Assembly (NCBI GenBank): GCA_051530055.1
Contig: CM121342.1
Location: 6,613,749-6,677,748, forward strand
Direction of reading: 5' to 3'
Origin: Neoechinorhynchus agilis
Taxonomy: Eukaryota > Animalia > Acanthocephala
Length of the DNA: 64,000 bases
In this document: in pieces, positions 12,046 to 23,700 of the stretch
Numbering within the stretch: position 1 is the first letter of the stretch
How the letters are laid out: every line of letters begins with the position of its first letter
Made by a program: the position numbers and the translations under genes
Notes under the pieces: generated by a model
What the model saw: the letters and a program-made list of their open reading frames with translations, nothing else
Database searches by the model: none
Told to the model about the DNA's origin: nothing

Positions 12046-13581
12046 TCAATGGCAATTAGAACACGAAGGATGGCATCTAAGGCCGTTGAGGCCGCATTTG
12101 CAACCTCCACTCGTATCTCCGATTCCACGAGAACCCCATCTTGGTCCCTTGGTACACCAGCAGATTTGAGTTTTACAGGCGGTGCAAGTGACACCATCAC
12201 ACCCAGCGGTCTTCTGAATTAGAATCTTAAGTCCGATGAGCCCTTTTTAAAGCTCGGAATTAGAAAAAGGCTTAAGAGACAAACAATTAGGACATCTCAT
12301 TGTGCTCCCAGAAGCAATTAATTCTTCGATTTGGCGTCTTGTCTTCCTTTTATTTAGTTCGGAATTTTTTCTGAGTTTGATTTCCTCTGAGAATTCAGTA
12401 CAGGAGATGTTTGAATCGTGCTGTTGTTCGCATTGTATACAGTTCATCTCCAAACATACATGACACTCAAATATATGCCGCCAGCCATTCATCTCGATTA
12501 TTTCAAAACCAGGACAATCTCGAGTTAAGCAGTGAAACGTCTTGGAACTCATTTCGAAGGATTGAATGCTTTTTCTCTCCAAAGCGATTAGCGTATCTTC
12601 TTTAACAGGCGTTGTCGGAGGTAAGAAAACCGAAAATAATGGACTTTTTTTATTTCCCGGATGTTCTCAAGCCCTCTCAAATATTAATCTATTTATCGTG
12701 AAGTTAAAATGTAAAAAAGGTCAATTTCGCTCTAAGAAAAGTAGCGAAATTTTAACTTGATTTTTTTAATTGGTTTTAGAAAATGGACACTTTTCAACCT
12801 CGTCTAGTCGTTATAAACATTTTTTTGAAGACTTTAAACAATTTTTGACATTTATTTCCGAGCTTTCGTTGTCTTACATGTTTTTCAACATACAAAATCC
12901 TGATTTTTATATCAAATGGCAAAAAAAGAGATGCTAATTTGATGAAGGGCTAAGTGTAAGAAATCGCTAAGACATTACCGACAAAGCACAATCTCTTCTA
13001 CATGCGAATCTTAGCTCCATCGGTGATATATGAGCTGAACATTGAACTTCACCTTCTGAAACCGGACATTGGACCAGGGCGAACTCTGATCCATTCGCAG
13101 CTCCATCGACGCATTCCCTGCAAATCAGATGATGACAATTGATCAGAACTATACCTTCGTGCTTCTTAACATCGTCGTAACAAATTGAACAAGAGAAATC
13201 CTCGGCATTTGTGTTTACTTCCTGGTGAGCATTGATCAACTTTTCGTCGACTTTGAGATTTCCCTTTACGTCTATTCTTCGCTTCAGTCCTATTTCGCTA
13301 CTTGAACGCTCAAGCCAGACGTGAATATGCTTTTGACCTTCGTCCAGCAATATTCCGTTACGGAGCAATGCATTTGGTCTAAGAAAATCTCCTTTTTTGC
13401 TAAAAACGTTAAAGTCGTCAATCGTTGTATGTAGTCTGTTTCCGACCGCTGATAAAAAACTTTTGGTGGTCAAATCGGATTTTAAACGCATCTTAAAACT
13501 TCTAATTAGTCCATCGATGTCGTACAGGTCAACGGAGTATTCTTCGTCGATATTTTCCTTGTCGTTTTCAATTTCAAACAT
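12046..13581 (-). CDS. RBCK1: HOIL-1L / RBCK1 RBR E3 ubiquitin ligase (LUBAC subunit), 3 exons (approx. 13581-13002, ~12600-12280, ~12230-12046)
   Basis: UBL-like N-terminus, RING1 (CSICYD...CHHLICREC...CP...C), IBR (HCLTRDCPG...CHVC...CIQC..QH....C) and RING2 with the HOIL-1-specific tail [56 protein letters not shown], versus human QKKDGCDWIRC...[34 protein letters not shown]. Exact splice junctions are not fully resolvable. Confidence 0.92.
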
Positions 13582-14058
13582 CTCTTGACTCACTGCTTAA
13601 AACACACAACCTCACATTTTGTTGATGGTTTTTCGTTGAAAAACACAATCGATTTATTAAAAGGAGTGAAAATTACGACACATTCTAATAGCGATTTTGA
13701 GTGTAGAGTCGTTTGAACGTAAGAAAATGTGCCATAAAAATGGGATATAATTTTTAGAGGTTGTCCTACGACAACTAAGATAATTTTGTATGACTCTTCT
13801 AAATTAAAAATTCAAGCCAAAAATTGACCTATATTTTTGATTGAACTAATTTTTATTGTTGAATTTGTTCAGGTCCAAACGAAAGCAAATTAAATGGACA
13901 TGAAATGATTTCACAAATGATTAATTTTATAGATGGCAAGCAAAAAGAAAACGTTTCACAATATTTCAGAGCAAATTTTTAAGAATCAAAATCTTCTATG
14001 ATGTTTGTAGTGTTAGCCTTGGCAATTTAATAAGGATCGACGTAAAATTAGGGTATAA

Positions 14059-14260
14059 TTGGAATTATTGTTTAGAAGTCTTCACCCACAGTAAATGATT
14101 TCGTTTATTAAAGACGTTCTGTGAACCTCGTCGGGTTCATCATTATCAGTTTGTTAGTCCATCGATAGCGTCCAATAAACCCGACGAGGTCCACAGAACG
14201 TCTTTTTAATCGAAAAGAAATCATTTGCAGCGAGTGAAGACTCCTAAACAATAATTCCAA
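14059..14260. mobile_element. ~200-bp MITE with ~80-bp imperfect terminal inverted repeats
   Basis: TTGGAATTATTGTTTAGAAGTCTTCACCCACAGTAAATGATTTC...GACGTTCTGTGAACCTCGTCGGGTT pairs with AACCCGACGAGGTCCACAGAACGTC...AATCATTTGCAGCGAGTGAAGACTCCTAAACAATAATTCCAA. Confidence 0.8.
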
Positions 14261-14876
14261 TAATCACATTCCCGAGGAGACTTTCCTCTGTCTCGTCTAA
14301 TTTTGCCAGCTTATTCCCATGTCTAAAAAAAGGTGCAGAGCTCATACAGAAATTTCGGAGCAAAGATGGTGTATTTGATCGATAATTCATCAATCCGTTC
14401 GCACATCACCGAAAGTTGCGGTTGAAGATTATCAATCTCTGCTTCGACATTAGAACCAAAAATGCAGGGTCCTAGAAGACTCAGCCTTTCGAGAGGCATC
14501 AGCTCTATCCCAAGGGACGTCGCCCCAGCATTCAATTCGCGAATGAAGACTTCTAAACAATAATTCCAATAATCACATTCCCGAGGAGACTTTCCTCTGT
14601 CTCGTCTAATTTTGCCAGCTTATTCCCATGTCTAAAAAAAGGTGCAGAGCTCATACAGAAATTTCGGAGCAAAGATGGTGTATTTGATCGATAATTCATC
14701 AATCCGTTCGCACATCACCGAAAGTTGCGGTTGAAGATTATCAATCTCTGCTTCGACATTAGAACCAAAAATGCAGGGTCCTAGAAGACTCAGCCTTTCG
14801 AGAGGCATCAGCTCTATCCCAAGGGACGTCGCCCCAGCATTCAATTCGCGAATGAAGACTCCTAAACAATAATTCC
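14261..14876 (-). mobile_element. Two tandem ~309-bp units, each a TIR end plus a fragment resembling a CRE-type non-LTR retrotransposon protein
   Basis: Direct duplication with identical ORF fragments. The peptide LSLLGPCIFGSNVEAEIDNLQPQLSVMCERIDEL...APKFLYELCT resembles the recalled post-RT motif L.LLG.PI...L..L..H.A...PKL.Y.LR of CRE-clade elements (not searched). Confidence 0.5.
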
Positions 14877-14984
14877 ACAATAATCACATTCCCGACATTT
14901 TTAGAGTACAATTAAAAACAAGATCGTTTTAGATATTTGGTTTAAAAATCGATAAAGGTCCTGGCTACTAAATGTTCGTAAATG

Positions 14985-17900
14985 TTAAAAGAGCAACAAC
15001 GAATAAGTGCCTAAATTTATTACAAATGAACAAATGAGTCCACCGATTAATTGATAGACAAAATAAGGGCAAAATACAGCCCAGAGCATAAGATGTCGTC
15101 TCAGAACACTCACTGCAATTCCAGTGAATAAGATCTTTAGACTCATTAGTCTTAACAATTGTAGTTTTGTCTCTGGATCTTTTACGAATCCACTGATACT
15201 CAAGTACGAACTGAATGTTGTAACGAGTGTCAGTACACCTCGGACTAGAGTGCATTGACCGAATTCATATCTGGACAGTAAAAAAGCCGGACGCCAGTCG
15301 ATATAAGCGAATTGTGACTTTTGTCCAATGGCCGTAAAGAAATACTCACTTCCGATTAGGCCTATAACAGCTTCATCGGGGAAAGTTATCATTAAACAGA
15401 CAGCTATCGAAATCGCTTTCTTTTGAAAAGCATCAACAAGACACAAAATCGAGAAGATTGATGGAATGAGTGATTTTATCGAAGGATATAAACAAAGTAG
15501 CGTAAGACAAAGTGGAGATTCGGATAGAAAGTATAAAGCAAACGTTAATAGAATAAGGCTTTTTGTTTTGAGCCGTGTGGATAATAAACATAGAAAAAAG
15601 GCTGGAATGGCATTGATAGTTTTATCAGTGTACGATTGAATTTGAAATGTCCATCTTAACGCGTCAACTATCACGAGAATATTCGATCCACGTTTCGTGA
15701 TGGTCAATCGTTTACAAGACATAAACATAAGAGTTTAACTTTTATATCGATCACAGTTGAAGATGTAAGTAAGGAGAGTTGTAAAAGACAAAAAGTGATT
15801 GTTTTGACATGGATGATTAGACTATTTGAGAATCCAATAGTAAAGTAGATTAGAAGAATCAGAGCACACTTGTTCGGCCGAATTGAACGATATTTTCGGA
15901 CTGCTTCTATCGAGAACATTAGTAGACATAGAAACACGAAAATCCGGTCGTACCCTAAACAAATGCCGACTATTCCAAGTCCAGCAAGTAAATCAATAAA
16001 CAAGCAGGAGTTCGTATTGGTTGATCTTATTAAACCGAGAAATACGATAACTATTCCAGAGGACATTAACGTTAAGTTAAACCTTGTCCATATTAGTCGA
16101 AATTCTTTAAGTATTAGCCTGTTGAATTGAAGATTAGTAAGTTCGTTGTCATCGATCAGTTGCTTGAATCTCATGTGTACACTTGGTTGAGTGGACGATA
16201 CAAAATACTTGACGAATTCTTTAATCTGCCGTGTGTTTTCGTTCAAGAATTCAGTTCTAATTTGTGGATTCATTAAATCGAGAATAACTGTGCCTAGATT
16301 CCCAAACGGAATGGGTACATTAAGTAATGCTGATAAAGTTGGTGTAATATCAATCTGATCGATTGTCTCGTTGAAAAGAGTCGATCTTACGTTTTTTAAA
16401 CGTTTGGAATATGACAATAAAACGGTATGAACTTCATCATCTGTCTCACCGCCATGACCTCCAGAATCCGTCATCCCATGATCGCCAATGACAAGCAATA
16501 CATCCTGGTCCGTAATGAGATCTATAAGATTACTAAACGGAAATGCTAAGGCTGGTTTCGTTTGGGAACTTACCTAAGCACAGTGTCCATTTGATGCAAT
16601 TTTCGTCTCATCTCATCGTGTCGGACGTTGAACTTGTGTCCACAGTGGTCCACACCGAGGAAATGAGCGATTATCAGGTCCGATGGATTATCCACATTGA
16701 CGATTTCCGTATAGAGATGGTCAAGTATGCCGTTATCGACCGTCTCAGTGTCCATTAGAACCACAGTTAAGATTTAAAAGAAATCGAACTATACAATACG
16801 ATAGAAGTGCAATCTTCAAAGTTCCGGAAAAAGGCACGAGATTTTATCTTTATGATGTCGCTGGACCTCACCAAAGAAATAGGAAAATAAAGGATAACAA
16901 TGAAAGTGAATTTTCAGGAATCAAAGAGAGAAAATATAATTCATAAAATATTTCCTTGAATATGTGTGCACAAACAAATTTAATAAAAGTAAACTAAAAA
17001 TAAATCCGATTCTAAAGGCTTCGCATTTATTAACTCTTCCCTAAACCTTAAACGCTTCTTTTACTCTTTCAAACGAATACGAACAGTCACTGAAACTTCA
17101 AATGAACCTTAAAAATTTAAAATCAATTTATTATTGTTGCTTATTTGCCCCCGGACGTATCTGAGAACTTGAAATGTTCTTTTTTAAATAAATTATTAAA
17201 GATTTTCAGACAATTTTATCGGCAGTTCAAAGAATTTTGTTAACTAACGAATACGAAAAGTCACCAAAACTTCAAATGAACCTTAAAAATTTAAAATCAA
17301 TTTATTATTGTTGCTTATTTGCCCTCGGATGTACCTGAGAACTTTAAATTTTCTTTTTTTAACTAAATTATAAAAGATTTTCAGACAATTTTATCGGCAG
17401 TTCAAAGAATTTTGTTAACTAACGAATACGAAAAGTCACCAAAACTTCAAATGAACTTAAAAATTTAAAATCAATTTATTATTGTTGCTTATTTGCCCCC
17501 GGCGTACCTTAGAACTTGAAATTTCTTTTTTAAATAAATTATAAAGATTTTCGACAATTTTATCGGCAGTTCAAAGAATTTTGTTAACTAACGAATACGA
17601 AAAGTCACTAAAACTTCAAATGAACCTTAAAAATTTAAAATCAATTTATTATTGTTGCTATTTGCCCCCGGACGTACCTGAGAACTTGAAATTTTCTTTT
17701 TTAAATAAATTATAAAGATTTTCAGACAATTTTATCGGCAGTTCAAAGAATTTTGTTAACTAACGAATACGAAAAGTCACAAAACTTCAAATGAACCTTA
17801 AAAATTTAAAATTTATTATTGTTGCTAATTTGCCCCCGGACGTACCTGAGAACTTGAAATGTTCTTTTTTAAATAAATTATTAAAGATTTTCAGACAATT

Positions 17901-20493
17901 TTATCGGCAGTTCAAAGAATTTTGTTAACTAACGAATACGAAAAGTCACCAAAACTTCAAATAACCTTAAAAATTTAAAATCAATTCATTATTGTTGCTT
18001 ATTTGCCCTCGGATGTACCTGAGAACTTTAAATTTTCTTTTTTTAACTAAATTATAAAAGATTTTCAGACAATTTTATCGGCAGTTCAAAGAATTTTGTT
18101 AACTAACGAATACGAAAAGTCACCAAAACTTCAAATGAACTTAAAAATTTAAAATCAATTTATTATTGTTGCTTATTTGCCCCCGGACGTACCTGAGAAC
18201 TTGAAATTTCTTTTTTAAATAAATTATAAAGATTTTCGACAATTTTATCGGCAGTTCAAAGAATTTTGTTAACTAACGAATACGAAAAGTCACTAAAACT
18301 TCAAATGAACCTTAAAAATTTAAAATCAATTTATTATTGTTGCTAATTTGCCCCCGGACGTACCTGAGAACTTGAAATTTTCTTTTTTAAATAAATTATA
18401 AAAGATTTTCAGACAATTTTATCGGCAGTTCAAAGAATTTTGTTAACTAACGAATACGAAAAGTCACCAAAACTTCAAATGAACCTTAAAAATTTAAAAT
18501 CAATTTATTATTGTTGCTTATTTGCCCCCGGACGTACCTGAGAACTTGAAATGTTCTTTTTTAACTAAATTATTAAAGATTTTCAGACAATTTTATCGGC
18601 AGTTCAAAGAATTTTGTTAACTAACGAATACGAAAAGTCACCAAAACTTCAAATGAACCTTAAAAATTTAAAATCAATTTATTATTGTTGCTTATTTGCC
18701 CTCGGACGTACCTGAGAACTTTAAATTTTCTTTAAATAAATTATAAAAGATTTTCAGACAATTTTATCGGCAGTTCAAAGAATTTTGTTAACTAACGAAT
18801 ACGAAAAGTCACCAAAACTTCAAATGAACCTTAAAAATTTAAAATCAATTTATTATTGTTGCTAATTTGCCCCCGGACGTACCTGAGAACTTGAATTTTC
18901 TTTTTTAAATAAATTATAAAAGATTTTCAGACAATTTTATCGGCAGTTCAAAGAATTTTGTTAACTAACGAATACGAAAAGTCACTAAAACTTCAAATGA
19001 ACCTTAAAAATTTAAAATCAATTTATTATTGTTGCTAATTTGCCCCCGGACGTATCTGAGAACTTGAAATTTTCTTTTTTAAATAAATTATTAAAGATTT
19101 TCAGACAATTTTATCGGCAGTTCAAAGAATTTTGTTAACTAACGAATACGAAAAGTCACTAAAACTTCAAATGAACCTTAAAAATTTAAAATCAATTCAT
19201 TATTGTTGCTTATTTGCCCTCGGACGTACCTGAGAACTTGAAATTTTCTTTTTTTAACTAAATTATAAAAGATTTTCAGACAATTTTATCGGCAGTTCAA
19301 AGAATTTTGTTAACTAACGAATACGAAAAGTCACCAAAACTTCAAATGAACTTAAAAATTTAAAATCAATTTATTATTGTTGCTTATTTGCCCTCGGACG
19401 TACCTGAGAACTTGAAATTTTCTTTTTTTAACTAAATTATAAAAGATTTTCAGACAATTTTATCGGCAGTTCAAAGAATTTTGTTAACTAACGAATACGA
19501 AAAGTCACTAAAACTTCAAATGAACCTTAAAAATTTAGGATTATAATAAAATACGTGACCTTTAAAGAAAAATGATTGAAAACAATAAAATGAAATGTTT
19601 TATTGGTTCTTTAATGAAAGATTGAGGAGTTAAGAGATCGCTGAAACTCAGCTGCTACTTTCCATCGGCCTATAATGATGACAAAAGAACTATTAACATA
19701 TAAAGCAGTCATCGACATTATTTTGGTAATAATAATTCCGGTAATAGCACATTTGATTTATTGGAAGATTAAAATTATTAATGTTTTTATAACAATCTTA
19801 TACCTTTATCAGGGTTGCCCGAAAAATTGAAATTTAAAAATTCTTTTAAAATTTTCCACCATATATAGAAAACGTGCAAAACAGTAAATATCTAGATTTA
19901 AATTTTTTTTAATTATTTTTGTTTATTTCGCCTTGTTTATAATCATTAACTGCGGTAATTACATCGAACGACGGATAAGGAAATGCTTTATAAAATGAGT
20001 GTTTATCGAAAAGAGTACACCACGTATCGTCACCCATGAAGACTATTGATTTGTTTGCTCGATTTAACTGATCAATGAAGTTGTCTTCTTTAATTTGAGA
20101 AGTGGCGAAGTTTTCTCCTATTTCAATGAAAGTAGTTAAAGATCCAGTTGCGATTGCTTTTAGTCGCTGTGCGGTTGTTGTAGGAGGATCAGCGTACATC
20201 CGCCTAATAAAAAATCGATTTGGTGACTTTGAGAAGTAGTTTGAAACTCTTGGAAAAAGGTCTACATTAAGAGTTTGATGATCGGAGTTAACGAGGTAGT
20301 CGTATCTTAGGGCGTCGATGATGATAAAAATTACACGTTGAAATTTAAAGAAACTGTTTGATTGCAGCGGGACGCGTTCATTAATCTGAGAAATTGATCG
20401 ACGAGTTAGCAGGAATCCTCGAATAAATACAGCAAATCCAAATACGATTGTTATCGTCAATGAAATTAGACGTCGTTGACTCTTTTTTAACAT
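14985..20493 (-). CDS. PIGO: GPI ethanolamine phosphate transferase 3 (PIGO/GPI13). Exons approx. 20493-19963, ~16765-16574, 16532-15727, 15667-14985
   Basis: Motifs GFLLTR, IIDALRYD, ADPPTTTAQRLKAIATGSLTTFIE, MGDDTW, TVDNGI, IAHFLGVDHCGH and GDHGMTDSGGHGG, then a multi-TM C-terminus ending RRHLMLWAVFCPYF. The 41-nt GT-AG intron 16573-16533 keeps the frame. Confidence 0.93.
17072..19535. repeat. Satellite, ~173 bp unit, ~14 copies, inside PIGO intron 1
   Basis: AACGAATACGAAAAGTCAC recurs at 17072, 17246, 17421, 17590 and onward. Confidence 0.97.
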
Positions 20494-20748
20494 GGCGATC
20501 TAAAACGAAGCAACTTTGAGAAAGTCTTAAAAGGCCAAATGAGTGGATTATTCAAATTCTTTTAAAAGGAAATTTCATGACTATTTTTTAAAAAGTTTCA
20601 AGTCAACTATTGAATATCAATAGGCGACTTTACAACGAGGCAATGCTGCCAGCGTGATGGCGACGGTCGAGGAAGGACAAAAGCTGGAATTCGGCGGGAG
20701 GTGGTGAGTGTGTTAATTGTCGAGAGTTGAAGATTGAATTTCAAAAAT

Positions 20749-23700
20749 TTACGAGCGCTTTAAAAAAGAATTAAATATTAAAAGAACCTGAATATTGCAC
20801 ATATACAAATAAAGTGATTTTAATTTCAAGGTTAAATATCCGGACATAACGAAATTATTGTGCCTATGCATTGTGATGTTTGCACTGTGCCTGACCGCTA
20901 ATCTCCTTGAGATATAATCCCCGATGAAACTTAATCTTACAACGCATTCATCTCCCAAATAACCAGCAAGAGCACCGGATTCAAAAGTTGCGAGTTTATC
21001 CGCTGATTCGACGAACCATTCGATTTCTTGGACAAACGGAATTCGGTGTAATGGAATGGCAGTTATCCACGAATTTGAAGAAAACAATGATAAAATCGCG
21101 ATTGAATCCGATTGAGGGAAATAAGTACGTCTGGTAGAAATAAAGAGACAAGGTAACTCTTCGGACGAAATATTCGTCCGCATCAGTGGAGCATAAAACG
21201 ACAGAAGAGATCCATGTCCAGCAAGACAAAGATCTCCATCTTCAGATCCTAAAGATCGCTGATCCACATTGAAATCATAGCATTCGAATCTTTTTGCAAT
21301 ACTTTTCCGGATTAAAGATGGACCGTAGTATGGACAGGCGGGTAGCATATCTGCTAAACGATTCACTGTGCTATTCCTTGCATTCTGACTTAGACGAACC
21401 AAACGATAGAATGAAGGCAATAAGAAGTTTTAAGTAGCTCTGTGGATATTCTTGCAGAATAAAATCATTTCGAAATGGACTTGAGTATTTTACCAGCATA
21501 TCGGGAAGTTCATTATCCTTGTATTCCTTGGCGATCTCACATGCATCTCGAAAACTAACTTCAACATTTTTTCCATCAATCGGAGTAAATGAGCACAGTC
21601 GATTGGGTAAATGGTCAACAATCTCAAGAAGGTCGTTGAATTTCTTTAGTTTATCCGAAATTTGATTTCTTTTCAATTTATATGACTTTGCAAACTCCTT
21701 CAGCTCATCCGATGGGTCCTCGGGGGCAAGTCGGGTAATCGCAGATCTCTCGCCGCTCACAATACACATCTCCTTCCAGAGATATTCAAAATTTAAAAGC
21801 CTCTGCTGAAGTATTTGAACGTTTTCGCGGGATTTTATTTGGGAATCGTGAACGTGACGGGCCTTTAGATTACACAAAATTTCATTGGCATCTTTAAGAC
21901 GGTTAAAATCGAATTGAGGAATCACCATTGGCATTTCATCACCCGTATGAGTTCTCATCATCCACCAGTGAGATGGTTTGGCAACTACTTGCGTGGATTT
22001 AAAGAAATGCTGTTGAAGTTTAACCAATTTTAGTTGATTGCATGGGTTTCTAGGTCGAATCATCTTCGAAATGATGCTAAAAAAATCAATCGCTCTGACT
22101 GAACGCCGATTTGGACGGTTCTCTGCGCGAAAAAACTTCAATTCTTTACTTAAAATCGGGATATTGGCTACCAAATCGTTTCTGACTTACAAAAAATCGA
22201 GAGAAATGATTAAATTTGATCTTTTGAACTTACGCCGCGAAAAGGTAGCTAAAATATCGATCTAAAAAATCAATCGCTCTGACTGAACGCCGATTTGGAC
22301 GGTTCTTTACGCGAAAAAAAACTTCATCTCTTTACTTACAATCGGGATATTGGCTACCAAATCGTTTCTGACTGAAAAAAATCGAGAGAAATGATTAAAT
22401 TTGATCTTTTGAACTTACGCCGCGAAACGGTAGCTAAAATATCGATCTAAAAAATCAATCGCTCTGACTGAACGCCGATTTGGACGGTTCTTTACGCGAA
22501 AAAACTTCAATTCTTTACTTAAAATCGGGATATTGGCTACCAAATCGTTTCTGACTGAAAAAAATCGAGAGAAATGATTAAATTTGATCTTTTGAACTTA
22601 CGCCGCGAAGGTAGCTCAAATATCGATCTAAAAAATCAATCGCTCTGACTGAACGCCGATTTGGACGGTTCTCTACGCGAAAAAACTTCAATTCTTTACT
22701 TAAAATCGGGATATTGGCTACCAAATCGTTTCTGACTGAAAAAAATCGAGAGAAATGATTAAATTTGATCTTTTGAACTTACGCCGCGAAAAGGTAGCTC
22801 AAATATCGATCTAAAAAATCAATCGCTCTGATTGAACGCCGATTTGGACGGTTCTTTACGCGAAAAACTTCAATTCTTTACTAAAAATCGGGATATTGGC
22901 TACCAAATCGTTTCTGACTTACAAAAAATCGAGAGAAATGATTAAATTTGATCTTTTGAACTTACGCCGCGAAAAGGTAGCTCAAATATCGATCTAAAAA
23001 ATCAATCGCTCTGACTGAACGCCGATTTGGACGGTTCTTTACGCGAAAAAACTTCAATTCTTTACTTAAAATCGGGATATTGGCTACCAAATCGTTTCTG
23101 ACTGAAAAAAATCGAGAGAAATGATTAAATTTGATCTTTTGAACTTACGCCGCGAAAAGGTAGCTCAAATATCGATCTAAAAAATCAATCGCTCTGACTG
23201 AACGCCGATTTGGACGGTTCTCTACGCGAAAAAACTTCAATTCTTTACTTAAAATCGGGATATTGGCTACCAAATCGTTTCTGACTGAAAAAAATCGAGA
23301 GAAATGATTAAATTTGATCTTTTGAACTTACGCCGCGAAGGTAGCTCAAATATCGATCTAAAAAATCAATCGCTCTGATTGAACATTTAGACGGTTTTTT
23401 ACGCGAAAAACTTCAATTCTTTACTAAAAATCGGGAGATTGGCTACCAAATCGTTTCTGACTTACAAAAAATCGAGAGAAATGATTAAATTTGATCTTTT
23501 GAACTTACGCCGCGAAACGGTAGCTCAAACATCGATCTAAAAAATCAATCGCTCTGACTGAACGCCGATTTGGACGGTTCTTTACGCGAAAAAACTTCAA
23601 TTCTTTACTTAAAATCGGGATATTGGCTACCAAATCGTTTCTGACTTACAAAAAATCGAGAGAAATGATTAAATTTGATCTTTTGAACTTACGCCGCGAA

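Noticed and set aside
10402-16758. Short antisense ORFs overlapping the LRR, HOIL-1 and PIGO genes (e.g. 10402-10587, 12411-12605, 13397-13588, 15870-16130, 16543-16758)
   Set aside because: They are shadow ORFs opposite well-supported coding exons.
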